Positions 30,531 to 40,811 of a stretch of 64,000 nt of DNA are shown in pieces. Numbering within the stretch: position 1 is the first letter of the stretch; each line of letters starts with the position of its first letter. The translations under genes were made by a program, and so were the position numbers. Source of the DNA: Nitrososphaeraceae archaeon (GTDB taxonomy: Archaea > Thermoproteota > Nitrososphaeria > Nitrososphaerales > Nitrososphaeraceae); assembly GCA_035252175.1 (NCBI GenBank), contig DATFDI010000052.1:5193-69192 (forward strand), in the 5' to 3' direction. The notes under the pieces are model-generated. The model was not told the origin of the DNA. It made no database searches and saw nothing but the letters and a program-made list of their open reading frames with translations.

Positions 30531-32747
30531 TTATTCTTTATCTATGAACTCATCATAATGTGGTGGTTCAGGATTTAGACCCTTTCGCTTTCTTATTTCA
30601 GCAACAAGATTTCTGAATATTGACTGGGGGACAGCCTGCCATGTCTTAAAATAGGTGTTCCACATAGCCTTACCTGCTGTTCCTCCACGCATAATTTCTG
30701 AAAGATCAAATGTCTCTGAAGCTGGCAATTCACCTTGTATAATTGAGATCAAGCCTTTCTGTTCTACATTCAGTAATTTGCCCCTTTTGCCAGACAATAT
30801 CCCAGCTACAGTACCTATTTGTTCCTGTGGACATTTAATTTCTATACCTAATATAGGCTCAAGTAAAACTGCATCTGCGATCAGCATAGAACCTAGCATA
30901 GATCTCCTTGTTGCAGGCATTAGCTGTGCTAGACCTCTGTGCGCTGGATCTTCGTGTGGAACAAAGTGATGTAAAATAAACTTGACACCTCTTACAGATT
31001 CATGAGCAATCGGACCGGAATGTACTACATCATCAAAACCTGATCTAATGGAGTCTAGTGATTCTTGTATGAATTGAACTCCTTTTGTCTCATCAATTAG
31101 TACATTACCTCCAACGTCTATTGCAGCAACACTTTTTGCTTCATCTGCATTCCAGCCTTTTCCTCTGAGAATCTTTGCCATTTCCTTCTTGTCCATGTCT
31201 TCTCTAATATGACCAGTTTTTATAATGTCAATTATATCGTCTGTAAGAGGTTCTACTCGCATGAAGATTTTGTTATGCTTATTAGGTGATTTACTCATGA
31301 TTGGACCAGCTTTAGTACGAATAGTTTCTCTGTAATTGATTAGAGGCTGACTGGTAACGATATTAAGACCTGCTTCCTGTAGTAGCGATGAGGCAATTTC
31401 GAGATGAAGTACGCCCATTCCTGCCATAAGTGTTTCGCCTGTTTCCTCGTTGATCTTAACGATTAGATTAGGATCTTCTACCGTAATTCTACGTAATGCC
31501 TCTACAAGTTTAGGCAAATCTTTAGGATGCTTTGGTTCTACTGCAATTGTAACTACTGGTTCTGAAACATATTTGATTGATTCAAAAGGTAGAATACTTT
31601 TTACAGTTGAAATTGTTTCGCCTGCAACAGCATAGTCTAGTCCAAGCAGTGCAGGAATGTTACCTGTAGGTAACATACTTACCACTTCCCTTGTATTGCC
31701 CATGTAAATATTTACTGATTGAACCTTTCCTGGTCTCTTTGCATCAATTAAGTAAACTTCATCACCATCTTTAATAGTTCCAGAGAAAAGCCTACCAGTT
31801 GCAACTCTGCCTGCCTGAGGATCAACATTGATTGTAGTAACCATCATCACTCCAGGGCCATTCTCATCGCACGCCAAAAGTGATCTTCCAATATCAGATT
31901 CTAAATCACCAGGCCAGATCTTGGGAATCCTGTATTTTTGGGCGACATGCGGTGGAGGATGGTGTTGTACAACCATGCCTAATACTGCTTCATGTAACGG
32001 AGCTTTCTCTGCAAGTGATTCTATATGCTTAGGATCATCAGAAGTATAAGCGTCATAAACATCCTTGAAACTGACACCTCGTTTCTGAGCAACTTTGAAG
32101 TTAAAACCCCATCTATCTTTTGCAGAGCCGAACGCAACACTGTTTCCCTGTATGCTAACTTTCCATTTTTCTTTGAGTTCTGGTTCAGCATAAATGTCGA
32201 TAAGTCGATTGAATTCTGCAATTATGTTCGAAAGCCACTTTTGCATAGCTTGCGGATCTAATCTCAGCTCTTTTACTAACCTGTCAATTTTATTAATATA
32301 TAGAACGGGTCTAACCCGCTCTTCTAAAGCTTGTCTTGTTACCGTCTCAGTCTGAGTCATGATTCCTTCGACAGAATCAGAAACAACTACTACACCGTCA
32401 ATTGCTCTAAGAGCGCGAGTGACTCTACCTGTAAAGTCAATATGACCAGGTGTATCAATCATATTAATTACGTATTCCTTACCTTCATTTTCATAAAAGA
32501 GCGTAACATTAGCCCCACGAATAGTCATTTGTCTGTTTTGCTCAAGCTTCATTGAATCAAGTGCTAGAGCTTGACCTGCAACTGAGGGTGAGATAATTCC
32601 AGACGCAGCTAAAAGACTATCACTCATGGTAGTCTTGCCATGATCGACGTGGGCAATAACGCCGAAATTACGTATTTGGTCCTTATTACCTATAATTCTT
32701 AAAATATCTTGAGTTGATTTGAATTTTGGCATGTACTCAAACGACAA
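30531..32747 (-). CDS. fusA: translation elongation factor aEF-2
   Basis: G motifs 'AHVDHGKTT', 'DTPGHIDF', 'NKIDR'. Diphthamide loop 'HEDPAHRG'. Confidence 0.95.
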   Translation of the reverse strand: MSFEYMPKFKSTQDILRIIGNKDQIRNFGVIAHVDHGKTTMSDSLLAASGIISPSVAGQALALDSMKLEQNRQMTIRGANVTLFYENEGKEYVINMIDTPGHIDFTGRVTRALRAIDGVVVVSDSVEGIMTQTETVTRQALEERVRPVLYINKIDRLVKELRLDPQAMQKWLSNIIAEFNRLIDIYAEPELKEKWKVSIQGNSVAFGSAKDRWGFNFKVAQKRGVSFKDVYDAYTSDDPKHIESLAEKAPLHEAVLGMVVQHHPPPHVAQKYRIPKIWPGDLESDIGRSLLACDENGPGVMMVTTINVDPQAGRVATGRLFSGTIKDGDEVYLIDAKRPGKVQSVNIYMGNTREVVSMLPTGNIPALLGLDYAVAGETISTVKSILPFESIKYVSEPVVTIAVEPKHPKDLPKLVEALRRITVEDPNLIVKINEETGETLMAGMGVLHLEIASSLLQEAGLNIVTSQPLINYRETIRTKAGPIMSKSPNKHNKIFMRVEPLTDDIIDIIKTGHIREDMDKKEMAKILRGKGWNADEAKSVAAIDVGGNVLIDETKGVQFIQESLDSIRSGFDDVVHSGPIAHESVRGVKFILHHFVPHEDPAHRGLAQLMPATRRSMLGSMLIADAVLLEPILGIEIKCPQEQIGTVAGILSGKRGKLLNVEQKGLISIIQGELPASETFDLSEIMRGGTAGKAMWNTYFKTWQAVPQSIFRNLVAEIRKRKGLNPEPPHYDEFIDKE

Positions 32748-32891
32748 AAATTCGGTGCAGGACTATTAAATGTTCCTTACATCATAATTAAGCAAGAATT
32801 CCGTTATTATGCGATTTGAGTTTGAGTGTATCAATTGATTGTATTCAAAACACAGTAGATTCGAAGTTGCAACATATAAAGTATTAAGATG

Positions 32892-32923
32892 GACAGATAA
32901 ATAGACAGATAGACAGATAGACT
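32892..32923. repeat. (GACAGATA)-type short tandem repeat
   Basis: Read directly: gacagataaatagacagatagacagatagac. Confidence 0.8.
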
Positions 32924-33089
32924 TCGAATGGTATCTATATACACTAATAAAAGGAATCTTCGATTAGGGTTGGAGATACCTTGTTATTGGTCATAAAAAA
33001 TTTGTCGTCTTAATAAAACTATTTGAAAATCTTTATCAGATTTGATTTCATCTCTATTATATGGGTTTGTCATGTTAAATTCATAACAT

Positions 33090-33725
33090 TCAAATCTCAT
33101 GAATTAAACCGAGCAGACTTCTTTTCGGCTTAGGTTGAAGTATTTTCTGTGGATATCCTAGACATAGAATCGATGAAGGTGTATATTTTGTGCCTAATAT
33201 TGACATAATTTTTTCTTCGTCTATCATTCCTATCCATACTGAACTTAAACCCAAAGCGTGTGCAGCAAGTTGAGAATACGCTGCAGCAAGGGTAGCATCT
33301 TGTAAAGAAAATTTTTTAAGAATATCTGTTGGAAAGTTCATTTTTACTCTTGCAGGATTCATGCAAAAAACGAGTACAACAGGAGCATTAACGTATGGCT
33401 GCTTATTAGCAGCATCAACAAGTTTTAATTTGATCTCTGGATTCTTAACATGATATACCTCAAATCCTTGAAAGCCACCTGCTGTTGGAGCAGTATCAGC
33501 AGCGGCTAATATCATCTCGACTTTTGAATCTTCAACTTCCTTGTTTTCAAATTTTCTTTGGGATCTCCTACTCAGCATAATGTTAAAGATATTGGACTGG
33601 AACGCATCATCTATATCCTGTAGGCTTATATCCTCTTTCTCTTCGACCTTTGGGTAAAGCAAACCCTTATCAGATTTACTTATTCCACCAAACATCCTAG
33701 AGAAAACGTCTTTTGGATAAGACAT
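33090..33725 (-). CDS. nitroreductase family protein
   Basis: 'LSRRSQRKF' ... 'ILAAADTAPTAGGFQGFEV' pattern. Confidence 0.75.
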   Translation of the reverse strand: MSYPKDVFSRMFGGISKSDKGLLYPKVEEKEDISLQDIDDAFQSNIFNIMLSRRSQRKFENKEVEDSKVEMILAAADTAPTAGGFQGFEVYHVKNPEIKLKLVDAANKQPYVNAPVVLVFCMNPARVKMNFPTDILKKFSLQDATLAAAYSQLAAHALGLSSVWIGMIDEEKIMSILGTKYTPSSILCLGYPQKILQPKPKRSLLGLIHEI

Positions 33726-34043
33726 GGATTATTACTTACCATAGTCCAAGAGAATTCTTTAAAAGTTTTTCAATTTTCAGTTTTAATCTTTAATATCCTA
33801 ATCTATGCATGAACATCATTTTTCTGTACTATAAATCCAATTATCGCAGTCATTACAGAATTGCCAACGGACCGATCAGCTCCACTTTCCTGAAAACATC
33901 TCTACGAGCTTTCTACGCTCATGTTTGTAAATTCATACGATATTATTTAGCAATGATAGGTATGAATTTCCAAGCATAAAGAAATCTCGAGTTAAATTGT
34001 TAACATTAAAAAACCATGTAATCTATGAATTAATACAACAAAA

Positions 34044-34532
34044 ATGCATTTTGCAAGGAAAATATCTCCATGTGTCTTGACAATATCTATGCTAGTATTC
34101 ATCTTGCTTACATCATCCTTTATATCTACAATGTCTGTGCATAAAGCAGTATATGCTCAAAGCTCTAACACTGGATTTGGAAATACAACCAACCTATCCC
34201 TTCCGAATGGTAAATCTATCGCTATAAACTATCTATTAAATACAGGCAAGGTATTAGGTGTAGTATTAGACAAAAGTAGGGCAACATTTAGTGTGAATAT
34301 TTCATCGCCATCTGCTGGCGATAATGGAAATTTAACAATTCAAATACCAAGAGATGTAGTTGATAATAAAAAGGAAGGTAATACAGATGCACCATTTAGA
34401 GTACATGTAGATGGTAAAGATGCAACATTTAGAGAAACAGACAATAATAAAACAGCAAGAACTTTATCAATTCAGTTTGGAAAGGATGCCAAAGTTATAG
34501 ATATAATCGGTAGTAAGAGTACGGTACAATAG
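34044..34532 (+). CDS. secreted hypothetical protein
   Basis: N-terminal signal/anchor 'ISPCVLTISMLVFILLTSSFISTMSVHKAVYA'. Confidence 0.5.
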   Translation: MHFARKISPCVLTISMLVFILLTSSFISTMSVHKAVYAQSSNTGFGNTTNLSLPNGKSIAINYLLNTGKVLGVVLDKSRATFSVNISSPSAGDNGNLTIQIPRDVVDNKKEGNTDAPFRVHVDGKDATFRETDNNKTARTLSIQFGKDAKVIDIIGSKSTVQ

Positions 34533-34799
34533 CAATAACAAAGCCGCTATTTTATTTGGCATACACCATTATAAAGATTCATGCCTGTCACTATAGAACT
34601 GTAGTTATAATTAAAAAGTATTGATTGTTCTTTAGACTGAGTCTCAGTTATATTTCAAAACTATTGCAGAAGATCATGGTGGCAAAGAAGCGACATTTTC
34701 ATTCAGTTTGCCAAGTTAATGATGTTAAACTGCGATCGACTGAAATACTGATGTTAAGCTCCTGCACAGAAGCTGAAAATGTTGAAGTATAGTTGAAAT

Positions 34800-35039
34800 T
34801 TATGATGATGATGATGCAGACGCAGTAATGCTATGTATGTTTTCTTCTATTTTATACAATGCTATATCTATGTAATCATTGGCAATTAACGATGGTATTT
34901 TAATACGGTGCATCTCAGGGAGTATTGAATTTATTTTATATAAAATTTGAACCCTTTTATTCGTGTCTTCTTCTTCATAGCAATCTGAAATCAACTTTGC
35001 AATCGTATTATAATTTATCGTCGTATCAGTCGTAGTCAA
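34800..35039 (-). CDS. hypothetical protein
   Basis: ORF only. Confidence 0.3.
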   Translation of the reverse strand: MTTTDTTINYNTIAKLISDCYEEEDTNKRVQILYKINSILPEMHRIKIPSLIANDYIDIALYKIEENIHSITASASSSS

Positions 35040-35067
35040 TTGTTGTACTATCGCCCCTTTAGTATAT

Positions 35068-35286
35068 CTAAGGACTGTATACTGTATATAGTCCGAAATT
35101 TTTGCAGGTATTGCATTTATCGACCATGAACTTGTTATCCCACGAAAATTCCCCTATGGTAGAAGCAGCAGCCTTTCCTACCCGTTCAAAGAGCAAGCCA
35201 CATTGTTTGCATTGATGAAGATATGATATAATATTAGATCTCTTAATTCTGCTGATATTTTTAGGATCAGATAATCTTATGTTCAT
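35068..35286 (-). CDS. small zinc-ribbon protein
   Basis: 'CKQC' ... 'CNTC' Cys4 arrangement. Confidence 0.4.
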   Translation of the reverse strand: MNIRLSDPKNISRIKRSNIISYLHQCKQCGLLFERVGKAAASTIGEFSWDNKFMVDKCNTCKNFGLYTVYSP

Positions 35287-35402
35287 ACATATGTATATGC
35301 TATAAAGTATATAAGAATATTATACTAATGTATAGTTATAAAAATACCTTATGTACATACTTATATGTATCCATACCTTAATGATGTTTATCGCTATCCA
35401 AC

Positions 35403-35597
35403 ATGGCCTCACAGACCAAAACAAAATTGTATAAGGTTGAATCTAAATCGGCAAAAACAGGGGTAAAAACTTACAGACATTCAATATTTCTTGAGAAGGC
35501 CTTTGTAGAAGATAGCCTGTTTCCTTTCAAAGCTGGTGAAAATCTAACTGTTAAAATAGATAAAGATAGGCTAATTATTACCAAGTTCAAACCATAG
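35403..35597 (+). CDS. AbrB/SpoVT-like small DNA-binding protein (tentative)
   Basis: 'FKAGENLTVKIDKDRLIITKFK' resembles the swapped-hairpin C-terminal strands. Confidence 0.35.
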   Translation: MASQTKTKLYKVESKSAKTGVKTYRHSIFLEKAFVEDSLFPFKAGENLTVKIDKDRLIITKFKP

Positions 35598-35611
35598 CAC
35601 GTAAAAAATAT

Positions 35612-35764
35612 TTAATGGCTGTGACCACAGCCGCAACCACCAGCTCCCTCATGACCTCCTTGACCATGACCTAATTCCGAACATGAAGGACATGTGTTAG
35701 TGGGAGTTTCAGACATAAACATTGTACCACAGTTGGAACATTTTATTTTTTGTACTCCTTGCAT
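35612..35764 (-). CDS. 50-aa zinc-ribbon protein with a Gly/His/Cys-rich tail (below the ORF-track threshold)
   Basis: My own translation: MQGVQKIKCSNCGTMFMSETPTNTCPSCSELGHGQGGHEGAGGCGCGHSH*. It has an ATG start, a TAA stop and CxxC...CxxC. Confidence 0.45.
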   Translation of the reverse strand: MQGVQKIKCSNCGTMFMSETPTNTCPSCSELGHGQGGHEGAGGCGCGHSH

Positions 35765-36029
35765 GGTGACTCAACTAACATTACCCTAATTAAAACTTAG
35801 ACACTTAACTACTACCAATAGCATGACAAAACCTTATCTACATCTGATATGATATTGAATATATAAGGGGCCATATAATACGGATTTACAGCTACAAAAA
35901 TACTCATCTTTAGCGTGTGCTTCGTTTGTTATTATTTTTATATTATTATCATCATCATCATCATTACTATTTATCTCCTGTTCTCTTTTTCATAAAACTT
36001 TTGCTGAATCGCCTGCGTTTGATCAAGTT

Positions 36030-37106
36030 TTGATAACTGATGCGCCAATGAGCAATCAGAAAAGTGATTGGGTTCAAACTTATGGTAATGATAGTAGTCA
36101 TCTAAAGTCTGATTATGCAAACATACTGGCAGTAGATTATACTAGTGATGGGAAGACTCTAGATGCCACATTCTGGTTAGCATCAAATTCAGAAAATGCT
36201 TCTATATATAATCAACCTCTTAAACATATCAGGTATGGTATGCTTATTGCTATTGTATCACTTCCTGAAAATTCAGGATATAATGGAGCTAATTACAATT
36301 TTTATATTGAAGAAAATAATGGAAAATGGAGTCAATATCTATACCAATTATCATCTACGGGTACTCGCTCGCTAGTATACTCTAAAACAAACTATACTGA
36401 ATCTTTTGGTGGTCCTACAGTAGGGCCAGGATATGTTAAACTGCGATTAGATCTAACTTCTATACATTCTCCTAGCAGTTATGGCTTGTCATTTTACACA
36501 GCAGAATCCTTCAAATCAAATGAGGATAGGGATTTCACAAGTTGGGTAGGTATTCCTCCTGCTACTATATCTACTATAACACGTCCAAAGGATGTAGTCA
36601 TAAGACAAGGAGAAGAGAGCCTAATTCCAACTGAGGTAGAAACGCCCCTTTCTAATAATGTTACTAGTTTAAAGTTCGATAATGGTACTTATTACAGTGC
36701 TAACGGCTTGAGTGTATATACCGAGAAAATTCAACCTCCACTATTTAAGATAAAAATCTCTCCGCAAACACCAGTAGGCGTATACACGGTACCGTTTGTG
36801 GCTTCATTATTAATACAAACAACATCATCAAAATTACCTATGTTCAATGATACAGTAACTGGACCTGGAGATCCAGAGTTTCAAGTAGCCAAAAAATATC
36901 CAACAATAGGCTATATAACTGGCAAGGCTAATTTAACAATAAGCGTAATACCACCATTAAGTGTCAATGAAACGTTCATGGCATTTTGGAATACGTATGG
37001 AACCCCCATAGTGATTCTCGCTGGTGGCGCAGTAGGTGCGTTTAGTTCATTATTTATCGATTATCTTAAAGACAGAAAGCAGCAGAAAAAAGCTAAACAT
37101 GCGTAA
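36030..37106 (+). CDS. cell-surface protein with a C-terminal TM anchor
   Basis: Ser/Thr/Asn-rich ectodomain. C-terminal 'IVILAGGAVGAFSSLFIDYL' followed by the basic tail 'KDRKQQKKAKHA'. The start is problematic (see findings). Confidence 0.6.
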   Translation: MITDAPMSNQKSDWVQTYGNDSSHLKSDYANILAVDYTSDGKTLDATFWLASNSENASIYNQPLKHIRYGMLIAIVSLPENSGYNGANYNFYIEENNGKWSQYLYQLSSTGTRSLVYSKTNYTESFGGPTVGPGYVKLRLDLTSIHSPSSYGLSFYTAESFKSNEDRDFTSWVGIPPATISTITRPKDVVIRQGEESLIPTEVETPLSNNVTSLKFDNGTYYSANGLSVYTEKIQPPLFKIKISPQTPVGVYTVPFVASLLIQTTSSKLPMFNDTVTGPGDPEFQVAKKYPTIGYITGKANLTISVIPPLSVNETFMAFWNTYGTPIVILAGGAVGAFSSLFIDYLKDRKQQKKAKHA

Positions 37107-37413
37107 CAGTAACACAAACAAAAGAATGTTATCCATTACATGGCAGGTGTCTATAGAGTTAAGATTCGTAACTGAAGCACTTACACTTGTAGTAACCATA
37201 TTTATTGATGCTTGCTTGTCTGTTTTGGTAATTGCATCATATCCAATAGTCATTGTAGCTGCTTTGGTAGCTAGTTGTTAACAGCATGAATAACTATAGA
37301 AGTAAATAATAATACTTTGCATGCCTAGATATTATTATAGTTATAATCTTTTGTTAATTTGTTTCAACGTGCTAAAATAAAATAAAATTCTAGTTCTAAT
37401 TAGATTAAAGAAT

Positions 37414-38244
37414 ATGGCTGCTCGTAGTATGTGGAAAGGTAGCATATCTTTTGGACTTGTCAATATTCCTGTAAAGCTCTATACAACATCTGATAATAAC
37501 AGCGATTTTTCATTTAATCAATTGGACGACAAGGGTCACAGGATCAAATACAAAAAGTGGTGTCCTGTAGAAGAAAGAGAAGTTCCATATTCAGAACTCA
37601 AGAAGGGCTATCAGATTTCAAAAGATAACTATGCCATAATTGAAAAAGAAGACTTGGATAAGATAAAATTGAAAACAACCCAAAGTATTGATGTTAAAGA
37701 GTTTATCGATTCAAAGGATTTTGACCCTTTGTTAATAGAGAAAAGTTACTATGTAGCACCAGAGAAGAATAAAAAAACTGGCGCTATTGACAAGGCATAT
37801 ACATTATTTGCTAGAGTAATAAACGAAACGAACAAAATCGCAATTGGCAAAGTTGTATTAAAAGACAGAGAACATCTTGTTGCATTACGTGCATATCAAA
37901 GAGGGATAGTGATGCATCAACTACGGTATATAGACGAGATAAAGCCAGTAGACGAAGTTGAAGGCATGGATGGCTCTGTTTCTTCGCAACAACCTTCAAT
38001 TGACAATAAAGAATTATCACTTGGGAAAACATTAGTGGAAAATCTCTCAAGCAAAGAATTCGATATCAGTCAATATTCTGATGAGTATACCAAGCAGTTA
38101 GAACAGCTAATAAATGCAAAGATAGCTGGAAAGCAAACCTTCAACGTAACAGAATCTGGCAATGCAAAGGAAGATGACGTTAGCAAAAACCTACTCGAAG
38201 CGCTAAAGGCAAGTGTTAAGCAAAAGAACAAATCAAAACGTTAG
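37414..38244 (+). CDS. ku: Ku (non-homologous end-joining DNA-end-binding protein)
   Basis: 'WKGSISFGLVNIPVKLY' and 'SYYVAP' are prokaryotic Ku core signatures. Lys-rich C-terminal tail. Confidence 0.9.
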   Translation: MAARSMWKGSISFGLVNIPVKLYTTSDNNSDFSFNQLDDKGHRIKYKKWCPVEEREVPYSELKKGYQISKDNYAIIEKEDLDKIKLKTTQSIDVKEFIDSKDFDPLLIEKSYYVAPEKNKKTGAIDKAYTLFARVINETNKIAIGKVVLKDREHLVALRAYQRGIVMHQLRYIDEIKPVDEVEGMDGSVSSQQPSIDNKELSLGKTLVENLSSKEFDISQYSDEYTKQLEQLINAKIAGKQTFNVTESGNAKEDDVSKNLLEALKASVKQKNKSKR

Positions 38245-38546
38245 TAATATCTATCTAAAACTCATTTGTAAAAGAAATTTGCATATTTTCAGACATCAAA
38301 TCTAAATTATAGTAATAAGTTTACTTTTTAAAAAATGGCAAAAAATATACAATAATTACGTGCTTACAATAGTAATCTGGTTGTTCTCAGATATTGTAAT
38401 TGCACACATGGACAAGATACCACCTATTGCATCACCTTGACATTTTTAGAATTCATTGTTGCATTAGATTATATACCATATTGATTTTTCCAATTTTGGT
38501 GATCAAATAAACGAAGTATAATAAAAATGGGGCAGATATTGAACAT

Positions 38547-38927
38547 TTGCTTATGAATCTTCATGAATCCTATCTTAAAGATAATAAGTATGATGAGGGT
38601 AATCTAATCTATTATCGAATTAATTACAAGCTTATGGATGCATTTGAAATTACAAAGGAGGAAGCAGAGGAACTTCATGTAGACTATCATGAAAACAACC
38701 CCCGCAGAATATCTGAAGGTTATTGTCATAATTGTAAAAAAGTCGTTGAAATTATACCAATAATCTATGGGATTGCTAAAAAAGATAAGGAAGCCTTAAC
38801 TGCAGCAGAAAATGAAGGAAGGTTGATTATAGGAAGTTTAAATGAAATTAGGGAAGGAGTTGAAATACCTATGTTTGGTTGCAAAATATGCAAAGGTAGC
38901 CTTCCAGAATACGGGAAATTGCTATAG
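38547..38927 (+). CDS. hypothetical zinc-binding protein
   Basis: 'CHNCKK' ... 'CKICKG'. Confidence 0.4.
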   Translation: MLMNLHESYLKDNKYDEGNLIYYRINYKLMDAFEITKEEAEELHVDYHENNPRRISEGYCHNCKKVVEIIPIIYGIAKKDKEALTAAENEGRLIIGSLNEIREGVEIPMFGCKICKGSLPEYGKLL

Positions 38928-39130
38928 GATCCTTTGAATACATTGATTTTAATTTCATTTTGAATTATCGTGTATGCTTATAACTTTACTAACATAATCT
39001 TGATTAGTTGCAAACTCTTAGTAGTATCTCCCATATCGTTACATCCTAACCAATCATCAGACGTGTCCTAAAAATAAGTTCTTTAGAGTAAAATAATAGA
39101 TATTTGAATGTAAAATTCAAATGGTTGTAA

Positions 39131-39334
39131 ATGCAGGATCACTTTGAATTGGTGGAAGAAGTATGTCCTGCATGTTACAAGTTTCTGCAGTCAATATATG
39201 ATAAGAAGAGAATGAAAAATGTTAGACAAATTGTTGTGCAAAATGGTATACAAAACAATAATAATGGTAATAATAAACAGTGTAAAAGTCTATACCATCA
39301 AAAATTGACAGATGCCTTCAAATCTAATTTTTGA
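39131..39334 (+). CDS. hypothetical small protein
   Basis: ORF with a single 'CPAC'. Confidence 0.25.
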   Translation: MQDHFELVEEVCPACYKFLQSIYDKKRMKNVRQIVVQNGIQNNNNGNNKQCKSLYHQKLTDAFKSNF

Positions 39335-39535
39335 TCAGATAGCATTATTATTTGTCATTATAAGCAAAAGCAATAAAATCAGTTGGAGAGAAGCTTATAA
39401 CCCCAATCCACGCGTACTGTTATCATCAGAAATATAGCTACAACAACAGAATCTTTAGACTACTCGTAGTTTTAATTAATTCACAAATAATCTCTTGCTT
39501 CTGCAATATCGATGATATTTTTTAGTAAAATGCTT

Positions 39536-40630
39536 CTATTTATCGATAACCATGTTAGCTTGTTGTTGACGGGTCCTAATGAAGGATAGAACTAATGCAG
39601 AAGCTAGTATTCCAAATATTACCATTAGAGATATGACAAGTGGTATCTCAAAATATTCTGACACTAACATTTTGCTGCCTACAAATAATAGTATCATTGC
39701 CAGCCCTGGTTTAAGATAATAGAATTTCGTCATCATGCCAGCAAGTAAAAAGTATAAACTTCTCAAGCCAAGAATAGCAAAGATATTTGAAGTTATTACT
39801 ATAAATGAATCGGTAGTTATTGCTAGTATTGCAGGTATCGAATCTAATGCAAAGACCAGATCTGTCATTTCAACTATCACAAGTGCGACAAGCATAGGTG
39901 TGGCATACAAAAATTTATGACCATTGTTATTACCCTCGTATAACAAAAACTTATCATTATCCAACTTAAATGTAATAGGAACAAATTTCTTCATAATCCT
40001 AACAGCAATATTTTTTTCTATCGTCATCTCCTTCTTTTCTCCATGTTCGTTTTTCTTTTGTATAAGCATGCGAATTGCTGTAAACAATAGTAAACCACCA
40101 AAGATGTAAATCATCCAGTGAAAGCTTTCAAGAAGTGATACCCCTGCAAGGATTAAACCAACCCTCATAATAATGGCACTAAGAATTCCAGCCATCAGGA
40201 CTTTGTGTTGATAGATATGAGGTATTGCAAGGGAAGAAAATATGAGCAAAAATACAAACATGTTATCTATGCTTAAAGATTTTTCAATTGCATATCCTGT
40301 TACAAAAAGTAATGTTTTTTCATACCCAAGAGCAAAATATATTATTGCAGCAAATATCATGGCAAGCGATATCCATATAATCGTCCATATGAGGGATCTT
40401 TTGAAAACATGTTGTCGAAACTTTGGTTCTACAGAAAGAACTGAAGAAGTTGCTCTTTGTTGATATGTATTATTAGCGCTACTTCTACTTCCATTTCTCA
40501 TCCTAAAAATATACTGAATCTTACAGATTATCCCAAAATCTATTGCCAAAGCAATACCAACAAAAAGAATGAAAGATAGCCAAATTATCTGGTAATTTTC
40601 ATTACTACCTCCAACAATAATAGAATCCAA
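39536..40630 (-). CDS. TerC family integral membrane protein
   Basis: 'EKSLSIDNMFVFLLIF' and 'FALDSIPAILAIT' paired TerC motifs. Confidence 0.85.
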   Translation of the reverse strand: MDSIIVGGSNENYQIIWLSFILFVGIALAIDFGIICKIQYIFRMRNGSRSSANNTYQQRATSSVLSVEPKFRQHVFKRSLIWTIIWISLAMIFAAIIYFALGYEKTLLFVTGYAIEKSLSIDNMFVFLLIFSSLAIPHIYQHKVLMAGILSAIIMRVGLILAGVSLLESFHWMIYIFGGLLLFTAIRMLIQKKNEHGEKKEMTIEKNIAVRIMKKFVPITFKLDNDKFLLYEGNNNGHKFLYATPMLVALVIVEMTDLVFALDSIPAILAITTDSFIVITSNIFAILGLRSLYFLLAGMMTKFYYLKPGLAMILLFVGSKMLVSEYFEIPLVISLMVIFGILASALVLSFIRTRQQQANMVIDK

Positions 40631-40811
40631 TGCTCTATTCTGTCTAGAGCTAAATCATATGTGATATATTGATAGTATGTTTGTAATGTATTGCAATGTG
40701 GTACTCAATTTTTATTATCATAAATGAGGTTTAATTACAAAGTTTGCTTTGTATTGCAACGTAAACGTATTGACTAAATACTCTAAATCATACTTATCAC
40801 TAATACCAAAT

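Noticed and set aside
30655-32555. Plus- and minus-strand ORFs overlapping aEF-2 (30655..30969, 31450..31635, 31828..32049, 32021..32261, 32331..32555)
   Set aside because: These are shadow ORFs within a highly conserved gene.
37036-37281. ORFs overlapping the 3' end of the surface-protein gene on both strands
   Set aside because: They are short, overlap a better-supported gene, and have hydrophobic low-complexity translations.
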